In this document: piece after piece, positions 38,426 through 46,994 of the stretch
How positions within the stretch are numbered: the first letter of the stretch is position 1
Layout of the letters: every line of letters begins with the position of its first letter
IMG/VR virus record: IMGVR_UViG_3300009428_000008
Span: 1 to 60,233 of that record
Reading direction: 5' to 3' (one strand)
From: a virus
Lineage: Duplodnaviria; Caudoviricetes
Length of the DNA: 60,233 nt
Notes under the pieces: model-generated
What the model was told of the DNA's origin: nothing
The model's database searches: none
Seen by the model: only the letters and a program-made list of their open reading frames with translations
Made by a program: the position numbers and the translations under genes

Positions 38426-39691
38426 ATGTGTAAAAAATGTGGATGTAATAAGTGTGAAACTGAAAGTACTGCGTTAGTACTTAATGAGAGCAAAGCTCCG
38501 GCAAGTATACTGTCTGAAGGGTTAAAACGTCATATTGACACTAACAAACCACTTACTACTCCAATATATCGTAAGGGTTCACAATCATATTTTAATTTAA
38601 TAGCAGAAGCAAGATCATTATATAGTAGAGGTATTTTAAATTTTACTAATAAGAGAGACATAGAGCTACTTACTGAAACCGATCAAGGTTATTTTGGCAT
38701 ATATGAAGGTAAAAAAGTGCCTTTAGATTTTCCTATGTTAGAAGCTGAAATAGACTATGAAAAAGAAAAGACTTGGAGAATACAAGATAAATTTCCCATT
38801 GAAGTAACTGTAAAAAAAGGATGGACAGGAAACTATTATACAATTGAACCTAAACCAATGGACATCAGTTATGATACTTTTATAGATTTGGGTAGTGGTG
38901 GAAATGTAGATTACACATCTTACGATTATACCACAGGTAAAGCTAGATGGACTTCTAATTCATTAGAACAAATTAAACAATGGGAAGAAGATAACCAAGA
39001 TAAAATTAAAGTAGTATATTCGAACAGTCTAAATGAATCATACGATTACGATGAAGTAGCACAATCTGAATTTGGTATGGATTACGATCAATTAGGCCCA
39101 GGTGAAAAAGAATGGGTGCGTGATGAAATAGACAATATGTCTATGGAAGAATCATTAAACGAGTCTAAAATTCCTACTCAAGACCAAGTAGATAAATTCT
39201 TTACATTGACTCAAAACGAAACACATTATCTAAATTCCAAACCAGTAGCAGGTCAAGAAGGCACATTTAACTTAATGAAAGTTGAACCTTGGGATGAGTA
39301 TGATTTATCAAATTTCAATTCATTAGTTAGAAAAGCAAAAGATAAAAAATCTAAATTCAAAAAACATGGAGAAATGTCAGGTTTCGATATGAGAGGTATA
39401 GACGAAGCTAAATTTAAAGGTAAAACCGTTGAATTAAATAAACCAACAAGAGGCGACAGTAAGAAATTTAAAGTTTACGTTAACTCAGGTAAGAAAAATG
39501 CTGATGGATCAATTAAGGTAAAAAAAGTAAATTTTGGGCATGGTGGAACTACTGCTAAAAAAGCAGGACAAAAAACCATGTCAATAAGAAAATCAAACCC
39601 TAAAGCAAGAAGCGCATTTAGAGCAAGACATAATTGCTCTTCCCCAGGACCTAAAACTATGGCAAGATATTGGTCTTGTAAAAAATGGTAA
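38426..39691 (+). CDS. mosaic protein with basic C-terminal domain
   Basis: CKKCGCNKC N-terminus; LNE/LSE/LTE/IDE junctions; C-terminal VELNKP...KKVNFG...ARSAFRARHNC...ARYWSCKKW. Confidence 0.7.
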   Translation: MCKKCGCNKCETESTALVLNESKAPASILSEGLKRHIDTNKPLTTPIYRKGSQSYFNLIAEARSLYSRGILNFTNKRDIELLTETDQGYFGIYEGKKVPLDFPMLEAEIDYEKEKTWRIQDKFPIEVTVKKGWTGNYYTIEPKPMDISYDTFIDLGSGGNVDYTSYDYTTGKARWTSNSLEQIKQWEEDNQDKIKVVYSNSLNESYDYDEVAQSEFGMDYDQLGPGEKEWVRDEIDNMSMEESLNESKIPTQDQVDKFFTLTQNETHYLNSKPVAGQEGTFNLMKVEPWDEYDLSNFNSLVRKAKDKKSKFKKHGEMSGFDMRGIDEAKFKGKTVELNKPTRGDSKKFKVYVNSGKKNADGSIKVKKVNFGHGGTTAKKAGQKTMSIRKSNPKARSAFRARHNCSSPGPKTMARYWSCKKW

Positions 39692-39696
39692 AATAA

Positions 39697-41364
39697 ATGC
39701 CAAATCCTTTAAAATACACAACATCAATACCTGCTGGAGCATTAAGACATGCTACTCTTGGGATAGGTGTAGAAAATGTTCAATATGATAGTACTTGGAA
39801 GAATGGAATATCTCCAAATACTCTTACCTCATACTATCTTGTATATGAACCTGTTAGTGGAGCAGCCGTAAGAATTTATGCACCTGCTGATGCAGCAGAA
39901 TTAATACAATTAGCACAATCTAAAGGATCACCTGAAACTACAGAAGCAGGAGCTTTAGCATGGTTCCCATCTAATGGCTTCTACCCAGCAAATAAAGTAT
40001 TAAATAACATTGTTACTGATGAGTTAGTATTAGCTTTAAATGCTGGTACTATTACTTCATACCCTACATCAGGTACAAATTGGTTAGATTTAAGTGGTGA
40101 AGCAAATGATGGTACATTAGTTAATAATCCTACATTTAACCCAAATGGGTATTTAGATTTAAATGATGGGGGGAGTGGTAATGAAAGATTAGAAATCTCA
40201 AAACCATCACAGTTAGCTACAAATCAATATTTAACTATTCAAATATTATTTAAATTAAATACTTTACCTACAGTAGCTTATGGTGATAACAGTCCTATAT
40301 TAGGAGCAAGAATAGGAAGTGATTATATGATATTTGCTTATCCTGCAAGTAATAATAAAAGTCATTTAGGAGTAAGTTATGATGATTCAAGATACCAATC
40401 AGGCCATGAAAGTGTTTTTGAAACAGAAGCAGGAAGGTGGGTTCAGTTTACTCATGTAGGAATACCTTATGAATCCGGGGGTTATCAAAGGGGTAAACTT
40501 ATGTATTACATAAATGGTGTTTTAGATAGAGATGAATTTATATCAGGAGATTCTAATGGTTGGGCAATCCCAAACCCCTTTTATGGAGGGTATGATGCTA
40601 GATGGTTTAAGTATTCTGATATTAGTATATCTAAGATTAAAATGTATAATAAACAACTTACAGCTGAAGAAATTTCACAAAACTATTACCAAGCACCAAT
40701 CGTTACAGACGGTTTAGTATTTGCTATAGATGCTAGTAATTTAGTCTCATATGAAAGTGGCTCAACTACTACTTATTCACTAACAGGTTCTGATACAGGT
40801 ACATTATCTGGAGTTATCCATAGTAATTCTGCTAACGGTAGTTGGAGTTTTGGTAGTAATCGAAACACATATTTAAAAGCTGGTGGAAATCCCGGCCCTT
40901 TTGATCTTCCTGCATGGGATGGATACACGATAAATATTTGGGTTAAAAGAACAGCATTTGGTACATGGCAATCAGGAACTACAAATTATGATGGTATTTG
41001 GAATTATTATTGGAATCATAATTTAAGTTTTACAGGAGCACATACAGAAGTTAACGCAATCCAAGGAACAGGTTTATCAGCCTACACAATTCAAATGGAT
41101 AGATGGTATAATGTTATTATGACCCACGATAATACTTCAAGTTCTGGTAATCATAAAGTTTATATAGATGGTAATTTAATCCAAACAAGCAATATACCTA
41201 ATCCAACTTATTCAAGTGGTAACATAAGACAATTTTTTATAGGAAATTGGGACTCAGGTTGGTCTATGGTGGGAGAAATAGGAACACTTCAAGTTTATGA
41301 TAAACAGCTTACAGATAGTGAGGTTTTACAAAATTTTAATGCTTGTACACAAAAATATAACTAA
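39697..41364 (+). CDS. tandem LamG/concanavalin A-like virion protein
   Basis: Two repeats IVTD(E/G)LV.A(L/I).A...SY..SG...YI(N/D)G...Y(N/D)KQLT..E..QN. Confidence 0.85.
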   Translation: MPNPLKYTTSIPAGALRHATLGIGVENVQYDSTWKNGISPNTLTSYYLVYEPVSGAAVRIYAPADAAELIQLAQSKGSPETTEAGALAWFPSNGFYPANKVLNNIVTDELVLALNAGTITSYPTSGTNWLDLSGEANDGTLVNNPTFNPNGYLDLNDGGSGNERLEISKPSQLATNQYLTIQILFKLNTLPTVAYGDNSPILGARIGSDYMIFAYPASNNKSHLGVSYDDSRYQSGHESVFETEAGRWVQFTHVGIPYESGGYQRGKLMYYINGVLDRDEFISGDSNGWAIPNPFYGGYDARWFKYSDISISKIKMYNKQLTAEEISQNYYQAPIVTDGLVFAIDASNLVSYESGSTTTYSLTGSDTGTLSGVIHSNSANGSWSFGSNRNTYLKAGGNPGPFDLPAWDGYTINIWVKRTAFGTWQSGTTNYDGIWNYYWNHNLSFTGAHTEVNAIQGTGLSAYTIQMDRWYNVIMTHDNTSSSGNHKVYIDGNLIQTSNIPNPTYSSGNIRQFFIGNWDSGWSMVGEIGTLQVYDKQLTDSEVLQNFNACTQKYN

Positions 41365-41531
41365 TGAAATATTTAATACAAATGGAAAATATTATCCAAG
41401 GATGGGAAGTAAAATATTTTGAAAATGGTATAGAATATTCACAAATTTTTCCTACTCAAGAAGAAGCTATGGATTTAATTGATGAGTGTGATTTAACAGG
41501 ACTTTACCTTCCCCAAAATACACTTAGTTAA
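41364..41531 (+). CDS. small hypothetical protein (missed by the ORF track)
   Basis: 55-aa ORF MKYLIQMENIIQGWEVKYF...; TAATG coupling to the LamG gene. Confidence 0.55.
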   Translation: MKYLIQMENIIQGWEVKYFENGIEYSQIFPTQEEAMDLIDECDLTGLYLPQNTLS

Positions 41532-41551
41532 TAAACTAAATAGATTATTAT

Positions 41552-41585
41552 TTGTGAATCTAAATAATTTTTCGTATATTTATAA
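41552..41585 (+). promoter_or_regulatory. fused early+late promoter
   Basis: TTGT(41552)-N17-CGTATATT overlapping ATATTTATAA(41576). Confidence 0.6.
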
Positions 41586-41601
41586 TAAAAAATAACAAAC
41601 A

Positions 41602-42117
41602 ATGGATAATTTTAATTTAAAAAAATTTATTGGTGAAAAATCACTATTAAATGAAAGTTCACCTGGATACGATACAAGAAAATTCGGTGGAGCTCTACCA
41701 ACACTAGAAAGCGTTAAAGCAGCTTATGAAGCTAAAGAATGCAAATGTGGTAAAGGAGAAACATGCAAGTGTAATGACATTAAAGAAGATGCAAGTAATA
41801 ATTTAGTTGAAGATATAATAGAAAGACTTAAAGGTGCAGATTTAGATGGAGAAACAATGCAATATATTTTGGAAAAAATAGGTATGGACTATCAAATGTA
41901 TAAACAACTAAATGTAAAATATGATGATGAAGTTGATGCTGATGAAGATGCAATGGCTTCTATTATGATGGATGCACCTGATAGATTTGAAGAAGGAGAA
42001 AAAATAGTTCCACCCCAACCTTCTGATGAAAGAGTTATAGATATAATTAAAAAAATGGCTCCTAAAACTAAAATAAAATTCTTAGAAAAATTAGCTAAAA
42101 TGAAAAATCAAAAATAA
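41602..42117 (+). CDS. mosaic hypothetical protein with MDNFNLKK leader
   Basis: MDNFNLKKFIGEKSLLNES versus MDNFNLKKYLTEGSLLKEA at 28981. Confidence 0.7.
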   Translation: MDNFNLKKFIGEKSLLNESSPGYDTRKFGGALPTLESVKAAYEAKECKCGKGETCKCNDIKEDASNNLVEDIIERLKGADLDGETMQYILEKIGMDYQMYKQLNVKYDDEVDADEDAMASIMMDAPDRFEEGEKIVPPQPSDERVIDIIKKMAPKTKIKFLEKLAKMKNQK

Positions 42118-42123
42118 AACAAT

Positions 42124-42861
42124 ATGGCATTTTTAATATACTCAGGATTAACAGAAACATTAGCCCCTAAAATAACAGGAATATGGAATTGGTGCTGTTA
42201 TAATAACCAAAATCCCGGAGATCCTTATTTTACAGATTCAACTGTATTAACAATTGATACACCAAACTTTCCTACTCTTTCTAATGGATTAACTGTTAAT
42301 GGAGCAAATTGCGGTGTAGGGATGACAGATGCTGGTCAAGTTGCACAGGGGCAAAATGTAATAGGAAAAGGACCATGTGGTAACTTTGGATTCGTTGGTA
42401 GCCAAGCTTGGCCTGCAACTGCACAACAATTCTATATGGGGGGTGTAGATTGGGATGTTTATACTGGTTCAGGTAAAACTAAAGAAGATTTTCGAACTGA
42501 TATGGGTAATGGTATGTTTGTTTATGGAAAGGCTGCGGGTACAGCTCCAACCCAACACCAGTACCCAGGACAATTAGACGAAGAATTTATTAATGTAATT
42601 TTACCATCATCATATTTTGTAGGTGCTGATCAAGCATCTCCTGATGATGATGCTGCAAGAATACACTACTCAGTTTCTCGTGGTGGTAATTTTTTAGCAA
42701 TTTTACTAACTAAGATATGGTCTGGATATAAATTTCCAAAAATAGATAATACAATTGGGATTAATGCCGCAATGTCCAATGAGGAAGCTGCTGCTAATTG
42801 GTTAGCTAATGGATATGGTTTAGAAGATTTAGGTGAACCATTATTCGCTTCAAAGATTTAA
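42124..42861 (+). CDS. hypothetical G/aromatic-rich protein, probably virion-associated
   Basis: 245-aa ORF; its C-terminal EAAANWLANGY resembles EAGALAWFPSNGF in the LamG protein N-terminus. Confidence 0.55.
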   Translation: MAFLIYSGLTETLAPKITGIWNWCCYNNQNPGDPYFTDSTVLTIDTPNFPTLSNGLTVNGANCGVGMTDAGQVAQGQNVIGKGPCGNFGFVGSQAWPATAQQFYMGGVDWDVYTGSGKTKEDFRTDMGNGMFVYGKAAGTAPTQHQYPGQLDEEFINVILPSSYFVGADQASPDDDAARIHYSVSRGGNFLAILLTKIWSGYKFPKIDNTIGINAAMSNEEAAANWLANGYGLEDLGEPLFASKI

Positions 42862-42922
42862 TAAAGAAAACATTTAGACTGATTCATAGCCAGTCGATTG
42901 AAAAAGAAAAACAAGACATCTG

Positions 42923-42951
42923 TGGCGTCTCCCTTGGAGACGCCATTTTTT
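42923..42951 (+). terminator. Rho-independent terminator
   Basis: TGGCGTCTCC-CTT-GGAGACGCCA followed by T6. Confidence 0.85.
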
Positions 42952-42962
42952 GTTTGTATATT
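42934..42962 (+). promoter_or_regulatory. early promoter overlapping the terminator
   Basis: TTGG(42934)-N17-TGTATATT(42955). Confidence 0.6.
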
Positions 42963-42984
42963 AACATATAAATAAGGATACAAT

Positions 42985-44328
42985 ATGAGTAAGAACATAG
43001 TAATGATTGGAGCTGGAGTAGCAAATGTAAATGCTGCTACCAAATTAATCGATGGGGAGTATAAGGGTAAAATTACTATTATTGATATGGGTAAAAACCC
43101 ATACGATAGAAAATATAGTGAAGTAATGGAAGGTTTTTTAGGAGCTGGAGGTTGGTCTGATGGTAAATTAACCTATCATACTTCAATTGGAGGTCAATTA
43201 AGTAAATATTGTGGTGAAGAAAAAGCAATGGAACTATTCGACCAGGTTATAGCTAACTTCAAACGTTTCCATCCTAACCCATCAGAAGTACAATGTTCTG
43301 ATCCTAAATCGGAACCTGAATTTATTAAACCATATTTTGGATTAAGATTATTCCCAGTATGGCACGTTGGTACTGATTATTTACATGAAATTGGTAAAAA
43401 TTGGTATGACTTTTTAGTTGAGGGTGGTGTTGAATTTTATTGGGAATCTAAAGTTACAGACATTAATTTTAAAAATAATAAATTAGAAATAGGAAAGAAA
43501 ATGGATGGTCATTTCTTATATTATGACACCCTTATCTTTGGTGTAGGTAAATCCGGTATTGATTTTGGTAAAAAATTAGCGGAACAATATGACTTACCAA
43601 CAGAACCCAAACCAGTACAAATAGGTGTTCGATTTGAAGCACCACAAAAACACTTCCAGAAATTAATTGATGTATCTTATGATTTTAAATTATATAGAAA
43701 ATTCGAAGACAAGGGAGTATCATTACGTTCTTTCTGTACAAACAACAATGCAGCATATGTTGCCGTTGAAGAAACGTATGGAGACCATTCGTATAATGGA
43801 CACGCTAAAAAAGATGAAGCCTTCCGAAATAATATGACTAACTTTGGTATCCTAATGGAAGTACAAGGCATAGATAATCCATTTGAATGGTCTAGAGAAT
43901 TAGTAGGTAAAGTACAAGAAGAAGGTACAGGTTTATTTTATAGTCCTACCCGTAAACCTACAACAACCTCTGAAGGAATTGAGGTAAGTACTATTCAAAT
44001 TGATTCATTAAATAGAATTAGAGAAGCATTTAAGGGTTATTATACTTATATTGATGATTTTATTGAAGATATGAAAAAAGTATTCCCAACATTAGGAGAT
44101 GATTGGGGAGTATATATACCAGAAATTAAATATCTATCCCCTGAACCTTTAGTTAATTATAAAGATTTAAGTTTAACAAAATATCCAAATGTACACTTTG
44201 TAGGTGATGCATTAAGTGCTAGAGGTATTACAGTATCGGGAGCACAAGGAATATATGTTGTTGAATCATTATTAGGAGATATAAAAGAAGATGATTACAT
44301 TGAAACAGGAGATATAATAAGTTTTTAA
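42985..44328 (+). CDS. NAD(P)/FAD-dependent oxidoreductase (COG2509-like)
   Basis: IGAGVAN dinucleotide fold, GFLGAGGWSDGKL, IGVRFE, RSFCTN, HFVGD..ARGIT. Confidence 0.88.
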   Translation: MSKNIVMIGAGVANVNAATKLIDGEYKGKITIIDMGKNPYDRKYSEVMEGFLGAGGWSDGKLTYHTSIGGQLSKYCGEEKAMELFDQVIANFKRFHPNPSEVQCSDPKSEPEFIKPYFGLRLFPVWHVGTDYLHEIGKNWYDFLVEGGVEFYWESKVTDINFKNNKLEIGKKMDGHFLYYDTLIFGVGKSGIDFGKKLAEQYDLPTEPKPVQIGVRFEAPQKHFQKLIDVSYDFKLYRKFEDKGVSLRSFCTNNNAAYVAVEETYGDHSYNGHAKKDEAFRNNMTNFGILMEVQGIDNPFEWSRELVGKVQEEGTGLFYSPTRKPTTTSEGIEVSTIQIDSLNRIREAFKGYYTYIDDFIEDMKKVFPTLGDDWGVYIPEIKYLSPEPLVNYKDLSLTKYPNVHFVGDALSARGITVSGAQGIYVVESLLGDIKEDDYIETGDIISF

Positions 44329-44339
44329 AAAAAATAAAC

Positions 44340-44612
44340 ATGGCTAAAAAAGTAAAGTTATTTGAAGAAAAAGTAATTAAATATAAAGGTGCAAGACACT
44401 ATTTAATAAGAACAGAAGGAGAAGAACATTTTAAACATCATAGATATGACCATCCAGCTATAGTACCCATTACCAAAGACTCAGAATTTAAAAAAGGTTA
44501 TTTTTTAAATGGTATTGAATACACAGTGGATAGTTTTAACGAAATAATGCAAGAAAGAGAAGGTTTACCTTGGTATAAAACTACAGCTGGAAAAGGAACA
44601 TCAAGACATTAG
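44340..44612 (+). CDS. hypothetical protein
   Basis: HRYDHPAI...YFLNGIEY, a pattern common in small phage proteins. Confidence 0.65.
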   Translation: MAKKVKLFEEKVIKYKGARHYLIRTEGEEHFKHHRYDHPAIVPITKDSEFKKGYFLNGIEYTVDSFNEIMQEREGLPWYKTTAGKGTSRH

Positions 44613-44613
44613 T

Positions 44614-45507
44614 ATGATAGAAATAAAATATAACCATAAATTGAATAGGGTTTCCCATAAAAATCTAACGGATACCCAATCAACTTTTGATTTAATTGCT
44701 ATTGATTTAGATACAAATCTTCCATTTATAAAATGGTATGTTATGTTACCCCCAAATGAGTCTGCTCATTTTGATTTAGAAAAATCATTTATGTCTAACA
44801 TATCAGGAATAGAAATAAATGCTTATCATAATGGAGATTTAATACATACTGAAAGGTTTCAATGGGCTAAATTAGATAATAGATTTACATTTATTTGCCC
44901 CAAAACAGAATTAGCATATGCTTCTTGGCATAGTTTAGTTTATGATGATGAATATAAGTCAAAATTTAAAAATGATGATGTTATATATGATTTAGGAGCT
45001 AATTTTGGGGTTTATACAATGTTGGCTGTAAATAATGGTGTAAAACAAGATTACGCCTTTGAACCAACCCCAAATAATGTAGATTGTTTAAAGAAAACTT
45101 TTAAATTTGATAGTAATGTAACTATCTTCGATAAAGCAATAGGTGGTAAAGATGAAAAATTAATATTTTACCTACAACAACATTCAGTAGCAAATAGTAT
45201 ACATAATACTAATGGCACTCCCCTAGAAGTAGATTGTATTAATTTAGAAAATTTTATAAATACAAATCAATTATTAAAACCAACCATTATTAAATGTGAT
45301 ATTGAAGGTTCAGAATATGATTTTATAGAATCATGTACTGATGAATTCTTTAAGGGCATACATACAATTATATTTGAGTTCCATAATAATAATAACAATC
45401 AAATTTGGAATCCAACAAAAAAGTTATTAAATTTAGGTTATAATATAAAAATGAACAAAGATAATTATATAGATTCTTCTATGTCTACCTTTGTTGCTAG
45501 AAAATAA
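44614..45507 (+). CDS. FkbM family SAM-dependent methyltransferase
   Basis: YDLGANFGVYT, AFEP, IKCDIEGSEY, FEFH. Confidence 0.9.
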   Translation: MIEIKYNHKLNRVSHKNLTDTQSTFDLIAIDLDTNLPFIKWYVMLPPNESAHFDLEKSFMSNISGIEINAYHNGDLIHTERFQWAKLDNRFTFICPKTELAYASWHSLVYDDEYKSKFKNDDVIYDLGANFGVYTMLAVNNGVKQDYAFEPTPNNVDCLKKTFKFDSNVTIFDKAIGGKDEKLIFYLQQHSVANSIHNTNGTPLEVDCINLENFINTNQLLKPTIIKCDIEGSEYDFIESCTDEFFKGIHTIIFEFHNNNNNQIWNPTKKLLNLGYNIKMNKDNYIDSSMSTFVARK

Positions 45508-45513
45508 AAAGTT

Positions 45514-46044
45514 ATGAAAATAGGATTTTGTGGTACAATGTCAGTAGGTAAAACAACTTTAGTTAATGCTTTAGAAGAACTACCAGAATTTAAAGGTTAT
45601 AAATTTACAACAGAGCGTTCTAAATATCTTATGGAGATGGGTATTCCATTAAATACTGACTCAACAGTTAAGGGGCAATCAGTATTTTTAGCTGAAAGAG
45701 CTAGTGAATTAATGTATGATAACATTATAACAGACAGAACTATCATTGATGTTATGGCATTTGCTAAATGTTCAAAATCAATGAATTATTTAGAAGCTAA
45801 TGATTTTTGTGGTTTTGCAAATAATATGTTAAGTGAATATGATCATATATTTTATGTATCAGCTGAAGGAGTTAACATTGAAAATAATGGAATAAGAGAA
45901 ACTGATGCTGATTATAGAAAATTAATCGATCAAAATATTCAACTTTTAATCATTAAATATAGACATAAAATTAAAAATTTAACTGAAATTAAAGGTTCAA
46001 CTGAAGAACGTATTAAATCTGTTAAACAGGCAATTTCTTCGTGA
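45514..46044 (+). CDS. AAA_28 (NadR/Ttd14-like) P-loop kinase
   Basis: GFCGTMSVGKTTL, ITDRTIIDV, ENNGIR, GSTEERI. Confidence 0.85.
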   Translation: MKIGFCGTMSVGKTTLVNALEELPEFKGYKFTTERSKYLMEMGIPLNTDSTVKGQSVFLAERASELMYDNIITDRTIIDVMAFAKCSKSMNYLEANDFCGFANNMLSEYDHIFYVSAEGVNIENNGIRETDADYRKLIDQNIQLLIIKYRHKIKNLTEIKGSTEERIKSVKQAISS

Positions 46045-46053
46045 TATTTATAA
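46044..46053 (+). promoter_or_regulatory. putative late promoter ATATTTATAA
   Basis: Exact 10-mer before ATG 46070. Confidence 0.6.
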
Positions 46054-46069
46054 CGAAATATACCATACA

Positions 46070-46417
46070 ATGAAAAAATCAGAATTAGCAAAAGCTATAA
46101 AAGAAACAATTATAGATGTTCTTCAAGAAGCTACAATTGAAACATCAGCAAAAGACTTAAGACAAGTTAAGGCATCAGCTGATAAAGATGATGTGATAAA
46201 AGTAACAGAAGAAGAAGATGAAGATAAGGAACCTACAAAGTCCCAACTAAAAAACGAACCACTATCTAAAATAGGATATAAACTAGCTGATACTCAAAAA
46301 GAAATGAAGCAAGTAGTTAAAAAGTGGAAAACTGCTGAGGGCGCTGAAAAGGAAAGATTAACTAATCGATTAAGAGATTTAACTAAAATTAAAAAAGAAC
46401 TTGAAGGACTTCTTTAA
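46070..46417 (+). CDS. hypothetical coiled-coil protein with MKKSEL N-tag
   Basis: MKKSELAKAIKETIIDVLQEA. Confidence 0.7.
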   Translation: MKKSELAKAIKETIIDVLQEATIETSAKDLRQVKASADKDDVIKVTEEEDEDKEPTKSQLKNEPLSKIGYKLADTQKEMKQVVKKWKTAEGAEKERLTNRLRDLTKIKKELEGLL

Positions 46418-46994
46418 AAATATAAAAAATTTACTTATTGTAGTTCTAGTAGTATTTCTTTTATTTCAAAGGGGATGTTCCTCTAACTCCGATGGGGTTG
46501 AACCTAAAATAATAACTAAGATTGAAACTAAGTGGGATACAATTACTATTAATAAAGTAGAATATATTCCTAAATGGGTTGAAAAAATTGTAACTATATA
46601 TGAAAATGATACTATAGTAATTAATACTCCAATAGATACATTAGAAGTATTAAAAGAATATTACGCTAAAAATGTTTATGTTGATAAAATTGTATTAGAT
46701 TCTTTGGGAATAGTAACAATAACAGATACAATATCTCAAAATAAAATATTTTCAAGAAGTATTATATCTGATATACTGATTCCAACTACAACTATTACAA
46801 GTGATATTTATATTAATGAAAGAGAGTTTTATTGGGGTTTAAATGTAGCAGGTAGATCAAGTCAAATTAATTATTTAGGTGGTGGATTATTATATAAATC
46901 AAAGCGTAAAAATGTATATGGTTTGGGGATTGGAATTAATGAAGGCTTCCAACCTATTATATCAGCTAGTTACTATATGAAAATTGGAAAATAA
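46401..46994 (+). CDS. membrane/lipoprotein, candidate spanin-like
   Basis: TTG start; hydrophobic signal ending QRGC; repeated DT(I/L) motifs; amphipathic beta-strand C-terminus. Confidence 0.5.
   Translation: MKDFFKNIKNLLIVVLVVFLLFQRGCSSNSDGVEPKIITKIETKWDTITINKVEYIPKWVEKIVTIYENDTIVINTPIDTLEVLKEYYAKNVYVDKIVLDSLGIVTITDTISQNKIFSRSIISDILIPTTTITSDIYINEREFYWGLNVAGRSSQINYLGGGLLYKSKRKNVYGLGIGINEGFQPIISASYYMKIGK

Noticed and set aside
39697-41364. Internal LamG repeat as a diversity-generating retroelement target
   Set aside because: The repeats are divergent protein-level duplications; no near-identical TR/VR pair or reverse transcriptase in the window
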